A stretch of 64,000 nucleotides of DNA from a virus (taxonomy: Duplodnaviria > Caudoviricetes), in the IMG/VR virus record IMGVR_UViG_3300027365_000007. One strand, 5' to 3'. Shown one piece after another: positions 53,123 to 62,715 of the stretch. Both the position numbers and the translations under genes were made by a program. Below the pieces are notes generated by a model that did no database searches, was not told the origin of the DNA, and was given only the letters and a program-made list of their open reading frames with translations. Position 1 is the first letter of the stretch, and every line of letters begins with the position of its first letter.

Positions 53123-55447
53123 TTACTCCAAGTCATCATCATATTCAGAAACTGCTTCTATGATATCTCGGTAGTTTCCTTCAAAACGATCATGTGGGTA
53201 TTCCGATTCATCATAGTAGTCAATGCGGGTTTTTAAATGCTTTTTACTGAACTTCGAATTTGATGATATATCCCATATATTAACAAAGTCTTTGTCTTTG
53301 GCAACCCTAATACCACGACCAATTGTTTGTATAACTCGGACAAATGATTTACCAGCTTCAATCATTACCAAATTGAATATTCGTGGAATATTAATACCAA
53401 CGGCAGCAACTTGATATGTTGCAATGATCACCTTATTATCAGATGTCTGTACACTTTTATATGTACTCTTTCTTTCTTTAACTTTCGTCTTGCCATATAC
53501 AAACGTTGAATCCGGTATCAAGTCATTTAGCATCTCACCTGCGGCAACGCTATTAACAAGCACTAGGGTATTACCAGTCTTATTAACTTCATTTACAAAT
53601 TCCGATATAAAATCAAGCCTTTCTTTATCTGTATTCAGAGACTTTGCCTCTTGGTCGTAAGAAGCATATTCCTTCTTGTCTTTAGTCACTACACAATGTA
53701 CATGGCATTTCGCCAGTATGCCTTTATCCTGAAGCTGTTTCGCTGTCACACGATTGACAACAGGCCCTACGTTACCAACAATAGACTTATAATCAAAAAT
53801 CTCTTTAGGCATAGTACCTGTGAATCCACGACGCAATGGCACATGTGGTAGATATTTTCCCAAAATTGTGTCCAGTGATTTACTTTTTGCTTGATGACAA
53901 TTAGAGACTACAACGCCTTCGGCGACGTAATTGTGGTCATTCTCAATATGTAAATTGTAAACTTTCTCAGGCTTCTCGATGTAAGTAATATCTTGAATTC
54001 CAAGATCTTTGCTTGATGCGACTATCTCACTCCTTTCAGAAAGTCTGTCTGCACGTTCCCATCCTTCAGTTGTAAGAAACTTGTGATTGCCTGTTACCTC
54101 GATATTATTCCCATCATTGAGTTGAACGTTTAACATATTTTCCGTTGAAGACGTTGTAAGGTTTTCGTGTACTTTGACCACACGATCTTCCTTAAACTCT
54201 CCGGTCTTTTCGGAAAAATTAATAACTATGTCACCTTCCTTTATATTTTCTATAGGAACCTCACCATACGGTGTTAGAATCTTCGTATGTCCTGCAAAGC
54301 ACTCATCCACAATAACTTCCACTACATTTTCCGTCATTGAGTGGAATACCTCAGCATTCTTGGACTCAATAATTTCGTTTAGTGATTGCCATGTTGTAAT
54401 AGTATGCGTTCTGTTAGGGTCTTTAACCTCACTGTAGTATACCCCAACATCCATACCTACCAATCTAAAGTCATCGGCAGTTTGCTCAACAAGACTTTGA
54501 GATGGTACGATAGTTAACGTCCTACCCATGTCTTCAACTACCTTACATACTGCTGCTGTAAGTAATGTGTTATGATGCAGAACACCATTAGCATCATAAT
54601 ATGCATTTGGGTATTCAACTGAAATGTCGTAAACGTCAACTTCTTCATCAGTTACATCTAAGTGCGTAATTTTTCGTATACCATGATCAGTATCGATGAG
54701 ACCATACTTTACAATCGTCGAAGCATTGACTGGAAGACCATTGTAGAAGCACTTATGCTCTGGGGAAACTTTTACTCGGTGGCCACCCTCGATAGTAAAA
54801 TCATATATTATTGATTTTTTCTTAGTCGCACCAAGAATCCTAGTCTTGCCATTAGGTGAGTCTAGATACATTTCTGTATCGTGATTAACTTTATATTCGT
54901 TTCCTTCTGTTTGTTCACCAACACGTGTAATCATATCGTAAAGATTTTTAATCTTAATGTTTCCTAGAGGATGAACATATAAGGGCATATCTCCCGCCAT
55001 ACACTTACCGAAACCAGTTGCTAGAACTTGGACACCATAACGATTGTCAGCGAAGATATTTGCAGCTTCAGTCTGATCATCACGTAAACGTATGGGTTGT
55101 CCTTCCATAATATGGCCTTCAGGCCATACATGATCTGCGAATATGTCGTTATCTATTTTAGGAACTGTTATTGAGGGGGTTTCCCTTTTATCTTCAAACT
55201 CAAATGTATACCCTGAATCTGCAATAATTGGAATAATATCTTCTAGAAGATTGATATACGTCTTACCATTCTTCTCGAAAAAACGAATACTACCATCCCA
55301 ACGACCTAATCGATACGCAGCCACATGGAAACGATAAGGCACTAAGTACTTCAATTTATCAATACATTGAGATGTCGTTTTATAATCCAAACCTTTAACT
55401 TGTGCACGAACCTCATCTATAAAAATAATCTTACACTTCTTGCTCAT
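53123..55447 (-). CDS. uvsW: UvsW-like SF2 helicase with two inteins
   Basis: WDGSIRFF, LRDDQ, ATGFGK|T, DE|CH, GFTGT, QTIGRGIR. Confidence 0.9.
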   Translation of the reverse strand: MSKKCKIIFIDEVRAQVKGLDYKTTSQCIDKLKYLVPYRFHVAAYRLGRWDGSIRFFEKNGKTYINLLEDIIPIIADSGYTFEFEDKRETPSITVPKIDNDIFADHVWPEGHIMEGQPIRLRDDQTEAANIFADNRYGVQVLATGFGKCMAGDMPLYVHPLGNIKIKNLYDMITRVGEQTEGNEYKVNHDTEMYLDSPNGKTRILGATKKKSIIYDFTIEGGHRVKVSPEHKCFYNGLPVNASTIVKYGLIDTDHGIRKITHLDVTDEEVDVYDISVEYPNAYYDANGVLHHNTLLTAAVCKVVEDMGRTLTIVPSQSLVEQTADDFRLVGMDVGVYYSEVKDPNRTHTITTWQSLNEIIESKNAEVFHSMTENVVEVIVDECFAGHTKILTPYGEVPIENIKEGDIVINFSEKTGEFKEDRVVKVHENLTTSSTENMLNVQLNDGNNIEVTGNHKFLTTEGWERADRLSERSEIVASSKDLGIQDITYIEKPEKVYNLHIENDHNYVAEGVVVSNCHQAKSKSLDTILGKYLPHVPLRRGFTGTMPKEIFDYKSIVGNVGPVVNRVTAKQLQDKGILAKCHVHCVVTKDKKEYASYDQEAKSLNTDKERLDFISEFVNEVNKTGNTLVLVNSVAAGEMLNDLIPDSTFVYGKTKVKERKSTYKSVQTSDNKVIIATYQVAAVGINIPRIFNLVMIEAGKSFVRVIQTIGRGIRVAKDKDFVNIWDISSNSKFSKKHLKTRIDYYDESEYPHDRFEGNYRDIIEAVSEYDDDLE
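53900..54301 (-). mobile_element. Mini-intein 2 (134 aa) in Walker B DE|CH
   Basis: CFAGHT...TGNHKF...VYNLHIE..HNY...VVSN followed by Cys. Confidence 0.9.
54569..55003 (-). mobile_element. Mini-intein 1 (145 aa) in Walker A
   Basis: CMAGD...SPEHK...VYDISV...VLHHN followed by Thr. Confidence 0.9.
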
Positions 55448-55478
55448 TTAACACCTTTATTATTTTTTTAATAACAAA

Positions 55479-55506
55479 ATACTATCACGAAAGCCTAATC
55501 CGTCAA
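55479..55506 (-). promoter_or_regulatory. sigma70-type promoter for the uvsW operon
   Basis: TTGACG-16 nt-TAGTAT with TG. Confidence 0.6.
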
Positions 55507-55549
55507 TGGTTCATCCCATAAATACTGTAATAAAAAGGAATGAATTTTC

Positions 55550-56533
55550 ATGTCAAATCTTAAAAAAGGCTCTACCGTAGGCGGGTTTGGGATTGTCTCA
55601 GAACTCGACAAAGATCAACATGTCCATCATGTATCAGAAATTGATGGATTGGGTGGTGGTGCGAGTGTAGACACTGGTCCGGGTAGTGGTTTTGACGCAG
55701 ATACATTGAACAGTCTTCATTATACTGACATAGCTTCTAATTTTGTCAACCGCGACGGCGATACCATCGTGGGCGGTGTGTCATTAACAGATGTCCAGAC
55801 TAGTGATTTTTCTGCTACAAGTAGAAACCACGCATTAACATACATGAATAATGAAGTGATTATTGACGCCCCCAGCGTTCCACTAGTCAGTATAAGCCCA
55901 ACATGTAACCTCACATATGATACAACCAACCAAGTGGTTGATTTCTCTGGTGGAGATATACTTATTGGTGGTACACGTTACCATTTCAATACACTTAGCT
56001 TAAGCTTAGCGCCCGTGGCATCAACAACCTTTTATATATATGCGTATCTAAACTCAGGGACTTTAGAACTTGTCACTGAAGAAGGTTTTATTGAACATTC
56101 ATTTAGACGTATCCATTTGGGGACAATATCATTTGATAGCAATTCTCAATTGGATACAGTAAACCAAAGAGCCCTTTTGTGTAATTTAGACGGTATTTCA
56201 TTGCGTGAAGATGCCGCGCCTTACTCGGCAGTACTGAGTGATCCATCCGGTAATGTTGACCCAAGTTGGTTCAATTTCACTACCAGTGCTTCTGCTGACA
56301 CAATTAATCTACAAGGTAATACGACCGTTACCTCTGGAACCACAAACACCTATACCATAACTGATTATGATTCATATTCAGTATATTTTACTAATACTGA
56401 CCAAGGCACAACATCATTAGATGGTGATCAAATAACATTTAATGCACCCGTGGTTACAGAGCCCACTAATGTTCTACTTACTGTGAATCGAAATATAAGC
56501 TCTATACAATTTGTCATCGAGGTACTTCCATAA
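55550..56533 (+). CDS. Virion tail/baseplate fibre-like protein
   Basis: CATAAATA promoter; H.H..SEI.GL, DADTL; paralogous to 58004..58954. Confidence 0.65.
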   Translation: MSNLKKGSTVGGFGIVSELDKDQHVHHVSEIDGLGGGASVDTGPGSGFDADTLNSLHYTDIASNFVNRDGDTIVGGVSLTDVQTSDFSATSRNHALTYMNNEVIIDAPSVPLVSISPTCNLTYDTTNQVVDFSGGDILIGGTRYHFNTLSLSLAPVASTTFYIYAYLNSGTLELVTEEGFIEHSFRRIHLGTISFDSNSQLDTVNQRALLCNLDGISLREDAAPYSAVLSDPSGNVDPSWFNFTTSASADTINLQGNTTVTSGTTNTYTITDYDSYSVYFTNTDQGTTSLDGDQITFNAPVVTEPTNVLLTVNRNISSIQFVIEVLP

Positions 56534-58011
56534 TGAAGATTAATTCAGAATGCATATATAAAAGCAAACCAACTCGTGATCGAGTAATATCTACTTATAA
56601 ACCGTCTTCTTTATGTAACGATGGAAAGGTATATATTGCAGGTGGAGAAATATCTGGAAGACAATCGAGATGTATATTTTACTACGACATCTCTTTACGT
56701 GAGATCAAACGACTTCCCGATATGCCGGTTGACAAGGCATTAATAATAAAAATAAACGATAATATAGGATTATGTGGATATAATGGGGAAGTGTTTGAAT
56801 TAGATAATAAGACGTGGGTTAAAATAAATGATGTACAATTAATTGGTAATGAACATAAATCGGTTTTAACTGAAACTAAGCAATATGTTATATCGAATGG
56901 AGCATTGTGCGAATTGACACCTGAAGGCTTACGCATTGTCTATGAATCATCAATTATATCCCCGAACAATTATATCCCATCTATAGACAAAGATATAATA
57001 TACTTTAAAGACGGTAAATACGACTTAAAAGATAATACACTTGTCAAGAACAGCTATACTGGCGACTATATTGCGTATGAAGAACCCTTTTATTCTGAAT
57101 ATGATCCTGTTATTGATAAAAAGAATGCATTAATAGTGGGGCATGATAACCCACTCACATTCATAGCATTTGCTACGTTTCCTGACAACACTTGGGTTAG
57201 AGACTATATGTCTGAAAAGCCAGAATCATTGTCTCCCGGTATTAAGATATGTTTACCTCAGAACCAATTTTACATAGCCGAAGACAATGAAAAATATCAT
57301 AATGTATATAAATTTGATTTTAAGTCTCATAAATTCACGAAAGTATTGTCTATAGAACTTAGTGAACATAGTTATAGTCAAAATATACAATATAACCATA
57401 ATAAGCCACTACCCATATGGTTCGAGAACGACATAGCTTTGGCTGGTAGGGGCGGACGTTATTACGATAATAACGAATTTGACAACTCGATCTATAAAAG
57501 TAGTGATGATGTGTTTGAATTATCATTGAATATCGAGAATGCTTTATATGACTATCATAATAAACAATCGTTATCTATAGCTGATATAAACAATCAAAAG
57601 TTATATCGTGTTAATACAGATACTAAAGATATTAATATCTATGATGTACCATTTGATATATATTTCACGGAACAATTTAGAGACTATGGTGATGTTGTTA
57701 CTATCACAACAAATAGAAAATCTCAACTCTATGATATAAAGAAGAATGTGTTTATCAGCAACCTTGAATACGATGAAGTAAGTGCATTATGCTCAGACCG
57801 ATACTTTTCTTATAGCCTGTTCGAAGATGGTGCTTTGTACTTACGCAGAGAATCATATTCTAAAGTCACTAATGATGTGATCAAGCTACCTATAGACATT
57901 GAAAACTCATCGATGAGTAACATGTCATTGCATAAGGCTGAAAACTATTTAATTTTATACATTGAATATCTAAATGATTGGGAAATACATAGGATTGTAA
58001 TTGATGAGTAA
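56533..58011 (+). CDS. Kelch/beta-propeller-like protein
   Basis: GKVYIAGG...YD......LPDMP. Confidence 0.55.
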   Translation: MKINSECIYKSKPTRDRVISTYKPSSLCNDGKVYIAGGEISGRQSRCIFYYDISLREIKRLPDMPVDKALIIKINDNIGLCGYNGEVFELDNKTWVKINDVQLIGNEHKSVLTETKQYVISNGALCELTPEGLRIVYESSIISPNNYIPSIDKDIIYFKDGKYDLKDNTLVKNSYTGDYIAYEEPFYSEYDPVIDKKNALIVGHDNPLTFIAFATFPDNTWVRDYMSEKPESLSPGIKICLPQNQFYIAEDNEKYHNVYKFDFKSHKFTKVLSIELSEHSYSQNIQYNHNKPLPIWFENDIALAGRGGRYYDNNEFDNSIYKSSDDVFELSLNIENALYDYHNKQSLSIADINNQKLYRVNTDTKDINIYDVPFDIYFTEQFRDYGDVVTITTNRKSQLYDIKKNVFISNLEYDEVSALCSDRYFSYSLFEDGALYLRRESYSKVTNDVIKLPIDIENSSMSNMSLHKAENYLILYIEYLNDWEIHRIVIDE

Positions 58012-58954
58012 TTTACCAAATAATACAACAATAGATGGTTATAAAATTATAACTGCTGATGAGAGTAATAATCATCGCCACGATGCCAGTGAAATTATCG
58101 GCCTGAGTGAAGATGCTATCGGTGATTCATTCGTATATGCTGAGTATATCGATGGTGTGTCATATAGTGATATGCAAAACCAATTCATATCTGAATCGAA
58201 CAATACTATGACCGGCGACTTGACTGTTCCCAATACTAGTACATCTGGTGATAATATCATTAATGTGTTCGAATTAGATTCTATAAAAATATCTAAGAAT
58301 ATTGAGGACTATGATATAACTGATTTGCCCCCTGTCGAAGAAGAGAATACTGCTATCCAAAGTATAATGGTTGTCGGTGAGTCTGGAAATATTCACAACT
58401 CTTGGATACCATTTGGTTTGCCAAAAAGCGATATATCTGTAAATGGCCCGAAATACGTACAAACAGATACTACATATCAACTACAAATAACAAATTATAA
58501 TAGTTTTAGCAATTATAACGTAAGCACAGATGTAGGTACTGTCGATATAGACCAAAATGGTTTGATTACGTTGAACACCCCTTCGAGTACCCCTAGTAAT
58601 CAAACCATTACGGTTACGGTCTCAGACCTTACCAACTCCATTGATAAGGTATTAGAAATAAGCACTGGTATGAACATCTTATATTCTGACGATAACGTTG
58701 AATATACGGATTTACCTGCTGGTGGTATTTTTATAACAGAACCATCCGAATTCTATCTAAAGCTCGGCAACTATTATCCTTTGGGTTATAGTTATACAGC
58801 AAGTACTGACTTACCTTCGCTAACGGTAACTTTACAAAACTATATTGTGATCGTAACACCACCTAGTAGCAATAGTACAGAACTGTCTGGATCAATCACC
58901 ATTGATAGAGGTGACACGTCTGAGACTATAGATATAATCATTTCAGTGTATTAG
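58004..58954 (+). CDS. Virion fibre-like protein
   Basis: N-terminus paralogous to 55550..56533; S/T-rich beta domains. Confidence 0.65.
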   Translation: MSNLPNNTTIDGYKIITADESNNHRHDASEIIGLSEDAIGDSFVYAEYIDGVSYSDMQNQFISESNNTMTGDLTVPNTSTSGDNIINVFELDSIKISKNIEDYDITDLPPVEEENTAIQSIMVVGESGNIHNSWIPFGLPKSDISVNGPKYVQTDTTYQLQITNYNSFSNYNVSTDVGTVDIDQNGLITLNTPSSTPSNQTITVTVSDLTNSIDKVLEISTGMNILYSDDNVEYTDLPAGGIFITEPSEFYLKLGNYYPLGYSYTASTDLPSLTVTLQNYIVIVTPPSSNSTELSGSITIDRGDTSETIDIIISVY

Positions 58955-59015
58955 ACGACAGAATGTAGCAAAATGCTACATTTCAATATGTTCCTTCTAT
59001 CAATGTATAAATATA

Positions 59016-59082
59016 ATCAGAAGGAGCAATAGTTCCTTTTTAAATAACATACTATATTTCACTAGATTTATAGCTATAAATA
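59016..59082 (+). promoter_or_regulatory. Two tandem late promoters
   Basis: TATAAATA at 59016-59023 and 59075-59082. Confidence 0.75.
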
Positions 59083-59121
59083 AGAAAGTAAATTGATCAA
59101 TTAACTAGGAGATAAATTCTT

Positions 59122-61314
59122 ATGGCGACTAAAAACTTTGGTATTTCTGCGGTAGGTGGTGACCTACAATACGGTAAAAAAGGTGGTCGAATCGTATTCG
59201 ATTCTACGAACGATCTGTTCAAGATCACTGGTTCTGACGGTGCTACCGTTTCCCGTGTTAAGGTTGCTGATGCTGTAGATACTGACGACGCAACTAGTCT
59301 CTCACAAGTACAATCACTAATTTCTACTTCTGAGGGTACACTACAAACTGAAATCGACGCAATTGAAACCGGCGCTGGTCTAGGTACTGATGGTTCTTAT
59401 ACCACTGAGGAAACCAGTAACTATCTAAAAGCTGCTGACTTCACCAATGCTACACTAGGCGAGTCCCTGTTCAATGCTGATCTATTGCTTGATGCACAGA
59501 TTAAGCAAGTGGCTGACGATCTAGCTGCTCTAGGTTCTGGTGATATCAATGCTATCCAGACTGAGCTAGACAATACACAAGCTGGTGCTGGTCTAGCTAC
59601 TGACGGTACATATACCGCTCTTACCGGATCTAACTATCTAGCAGGTGCAACCAGTATCCATAATGCTACTAGCCTACTTGATACTCAGGTAAAAGCTAAC
59701 GCTGACGCTATTGCTACTGCTGATACTGAAATCGGTGATCTAGCAACATTAACAACTACTGAACAGGGTTCACTAGTAGGTGCAATCAACGAGCTTGATG
59801 CTGACCTAGCTGGTCTAGGTACTATGGCTTCTCAGGACGCTGATTCTGTTGCGGTTACTGGTGGTACTATCGACGGTGTTACGATTGGTGGAACAACTGC
59901 TGCTGATGGTACGTTCTCTAACGTAGTTATCAATGGTGACCTTACCGTATCTGGTACTACTACTACTCTAGACGTTAACAACCTAGCGGTAGAAGACAAC
60001 ACCATTATCCTAAACAACGGTGAAGCTGGTCCGGGTGTAACTTCTGGTACTTCAGGTATTGAAGTTGATCGTGGTACTAGCACTGGTAATGCTCGTTGGG
60101 TTTGGGACGAGTCCACTGATAGCTGGGTAGCCGAAGTATACAACACTGGTACTACTAGCTGGGAAACTGCTTCCATTACCGCAAACATTGCTGGTTCTAG
60201 CATAGACTATGGTTTCGCAACTAGCTCTCTAATCCGTGGTGACGGTGTTGAGTTCACTGTTGGCGCTGACAACCAAGTATTAACTGTATCCGGTGGTGAC
60301 ATTAGCTATGGCTATGTAACCGACCTACGTAGTGCTGCTGGCGATTCTGTCATTAGCCAAGGTACTATCAACGGTACTGGCGGTGAATATCTAGAGTTTG
60401 CAAACGAAGACAACGGAGTATATCTAACTGCACGTAACAGTGCTGGTACTGGTGATGTTGATCTTTACCTAGCAGGCCAAGGCAACGGCGACGTTATCAT
60501 CTCTCAAAACGCTTCACAGCAAGGTCTTATCATTGCTGAAGATGATACTACTCTAACCGTTTCTGGTGGTGACTCTGCTACTGCTGACGCAGGTGACGCG
60601 GTGATTAAAGGTGGTGACGGTACTTCCACATTCGCTTCTGGTGATGTTGTACTACAAGGTGGTACTGGTGGTTCTGCTGAAGGTATCACTATCGTTAAAG
60701 ATTCTGCTGGTAACGAAGTTACTACTTTCTCTGGTCTGGCTTCTGCAACAGACTATGTAGATATCGAAAACGGTATTGGTGAAGCAACTATCTCTGCTAC
60801 TGGTGATAGCACTGATGTAGATCTAGTACTTGCTCCATCTGGCGCAGGCGTTGTACTAGTACCTGCTGGTTACGACATTTCTACTGCCGCTGATGAAGCT
60901 GTAGCAAACAAGGGTTATGTTGACTCTCAGATCTCTGAAGTAGCCAACAACGTTGATCCTCTGATCATGCGTTCTACTATTGCTGCTGACAGTACTAATA
61001 GCACGTTCAACATTGGTACTATGAGCAATGTTGCTGGTAAGACTTACTATGTAAGCCGTATCACTCTACATGTAACTACTGACTTCTCTGGTGGATCTAT
61101 CGATCACATGGTTGTATCTGACGGTACTACCGACCTTGCTGAAGAGGCAGATAGTGACATCCTAGCTGGTACTTACGTAGTTGATCTACCGTTCGCAGTT
61201 GCTACTGCTGGTGGTGCATCTGTTGATGTTAACTTCCTACAGACTGATGGCACAACTGCTGCTGTCCCAACTGCTGGTAACATGATCGCGGTAGTTGAGT
61301 ACAAAGTACTTTAA
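59122..61314 (+). CDS. Abundant virion structural protein (730 aa)
   Basis: Strong ACT/GCT/GGT/CTA codon bias, tandem late promoters, G/T/A-rich, internal GAGL.TDG.YT...SNYL repeat. Confidence 0.75.
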   Translation: MATKNFGISAVGGDLQYGKKGGRIVFDSTNDLFKITGSDGATVSRVKVADAVDTDDATSLSQVQSLISTSEGTLQTEIDAIETGAGLGTDGSYTTEETSNYLKAADFTNATLGESLFNADLLLDAQIKQVADDLAALGSGDINAIQTELDNTQAGAGLATDGTYTALTGSNYLAGATSIHNATSLLDTQVKANADAIATADTEIGDLATLTTTEQGSLVGAINELDADLAGLGTMASQDADSVAVTGGTIDGVTIGGTTAADGTFSNVVINGDLTVSGTTTTLDVNNLAVEDNTIILNNGEAGPGVTSGTSGIEVDRGTSTGNARWVWDESTDSWVAEVYNTGTTSWETASITANIAGSSIDYGFATSSLIRGDGVEFTVGADNQVLTVSGGDISYGYVTDLRSAAGDSVISQGTINGTGGEYLEFANEDNGVYLTARNSAGTGDVDLYLAGQGNGDVIISQNASQQGLIIAEDDTTLTVSGGDSATADAGDAVIKGGDGTSTFASGDVVLQGGTGGSAEGITIVKDSAGNEVTTFSGLASATDYVDIENGIGEATISATGDSTDVDLVLAPSGAGVVLVPAGYDISTAADEAVANKGYVDSQISEVANNVDPLIMRSTIAADSTNSTFNIGTMSNVAGKTYYVSRITLHVTTDFSGGSIDHMVVSDGTTDLAEEADSDILAGTYVVDLPFAVATAGGASVDVNFLQTDGTTAAVPTAGNMIAVVEYKVL

Positions 61315-61335
61315 GATTACTAAGTAATCAAGTCT

Positions 61336-61363
61336 AAAAAGGAACCTTCGGGTTCCTTTTTTT
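61336..61363 (+). terminator. Intrinsic terminator
   Basis: AAAAAGGAACC-TTCG-GGTTCCTTTTTTT. Confidence 0.92.
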
Positions 61364-61364
61364 A

Positions 61365-61393
61365 TTGCTTTGGTATAGTCAATATGCTACCAT
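61365..61393 (+). promoter_or_regulatory. sigma70-type promoter
   Basis: TTGCTT-17 nt-TACCAT. Confidence 0.5.
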
Positions 61394-62041
61394 ATGTACA
61401 TTGAGGTAACCAAAGGAATAAAAATGTCAAATGAGATGTTGAGTACCGATCTCGCAACTTTGAATACAATAAGTGAGGTTATTACCAATAAATTAAAACT
61501 ACATAAAGAAGATGGTACATGGTATCATAAACCAATATGGTTCATGGGTATGTGTTTTATCATTGATGTAGCGTATTTCCATCGTTACAACGAATCACTT
61601 TTCTATTTCACTTTTATGATTTCTGAAGATATACCTGTGCCATATATAAAGCTGGTTTCGGATTTTCACACAACCAAAACTGGTTGTTACAATATGAATG
61701 AGGCTATGATTTTTTCATTACCATCAGATGATTCAGATACCCAAAGTGGAAAAGTTTCATACAATCATTTAAACGACACAACCATAGAATACGATTTCAT
61801 TTGTGAGTTTGTTGATAATTTTTTCTCTTCATGTTTTCACGAAGGTACATTCACTACTGCGCTAACCAATACATTCCGAGAGATGGAGATTTATGAGATT
61901 GCATCTAGACATTCATATCCAGATATTGGTATTATCAATATGAAAGATTATCAAAATATCATTACTAAATATTACAAACAAGCAACAACTCATAAATCTA
62001 AAAAATCAGACGGCAACGTAATTTTCTTATCGAAGGACTAA
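61394..62041 (+). CDS. Hypothetical protein (start may be MSNEML)
   Basis: ORF, RBS AAGGA. Confidence 0.65.
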   Translation: MYIEVTKGIKMSNEMLSTDLATLNTISEVITNKLKLHKEDGTWYHKPIWFMGMCFIIDVAYFHRYNESLFYFTFMISEDIPVPYIKLVSDFHTTKTGCYNMNEAMIFSLPSDDSDTQSGKVSYNHLNDTTIEYDFICEFVDNFFSSCFHEGTFTTALTNTFREMEIYEIASRHSYPDIGIINMKDYQNIITKYYKQATTHKSKKSDGNVIFLSKD

Positions 62042-62043
62042 TT

Positions 62044-62703
62044 ATGGAGTATGAAAACGATAGCATTGACTTTATGCGCTGGTTCGACCACTATTCCAGT
62101 AACTGTACTTTTCTTGGTTCCGAATGTATTGAAGATTTCAGGAAAAGGGTAACTTCTAGTGTATTCGAAACACCCTATGGAACTATCAAATTATCAAAAA
62201 CTGCAAAGGTTATCATAAAGGATAATTGTCAGTGTGTAGAGTGTAATAAACCAGCTACCTTCGTGACATATCAAAAGTCGAATGAAAACGGACAAGTATA
62301 TATCACCTTTTGGATCAGAAAAAAGAATATGTACACACCCCTCACTAAGGACCATATTGTCGCTAAAACGCATGGTGGGAGTGACGCATACGAAAACTTA
62401 CAATCACTATGTTACATATGTAATCAGGATAAAGGAGATTGTCTAATGCCTCAAACAACACTGTCTGTTTCTAAAAACGGGCCTTCTAATCGAAAGGTTA
62501 TTACAAAAGAAGATTACGACCTATATCAAAAGAAGGTAAAAGATTTTAAATTTCTGCGCAAGCGTGTTAAGCGCTTTCGGAATTTAATGCCATGGTATAT
62601 GCGCTTGATGGGTGTTGACAAGTTTTTAGAAAGGCATGTTATCTCTCATATGAAACAGAAAGGTTATTTTATCGAAGACGACGAAAAGAAAGGTGGGTCA
62701 TAA
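62044..62703 (+). CDS. HNH endonuclease
   Basis: CVEC...TKDHIVAKTHGGSD...NLQSLCYICNQDKG. Confidence 0.85.
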   Translation: MEYENDSIDFMRWFDHYSSNCTFLGSECIEDFRKRVTSSVFETPYGTIKLSKTAKVIIKDNCQCVECNKPATFVTYQKSNENGQVYITFWIRKKNMYTPLTKDHIVAKTHGGSDAYENLQSLCYICNQDKGDCLMPQTTLSVSKNGPSNRKVITKEDYDLYQKKVKDFKFLRKRVKRFRNLMPWYMRLMGVDKFLERHVISHMKQKGYFIEDDEKKGGS

Positions 62704-62715
62704 ACCCACCTTTTT
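62689..62715. terminator. Bidirectional terminator
   Basis: AAAGGTGGGT-cataa-ACCCACCTTT between convergent genes. Confidence 0.8.

Noticed and set aside
53900-55003. Homing endonucleases in the inteins
   Set aside because: Both are too short (134 and 145 aa) and lack LAGLIDADG or HNH motifs
59832-60689. Minus-strand ORFs 59832..60203 and 60504..60689
   Set aside because: Shadow frames caused by the codon bias of the 730-aa gene
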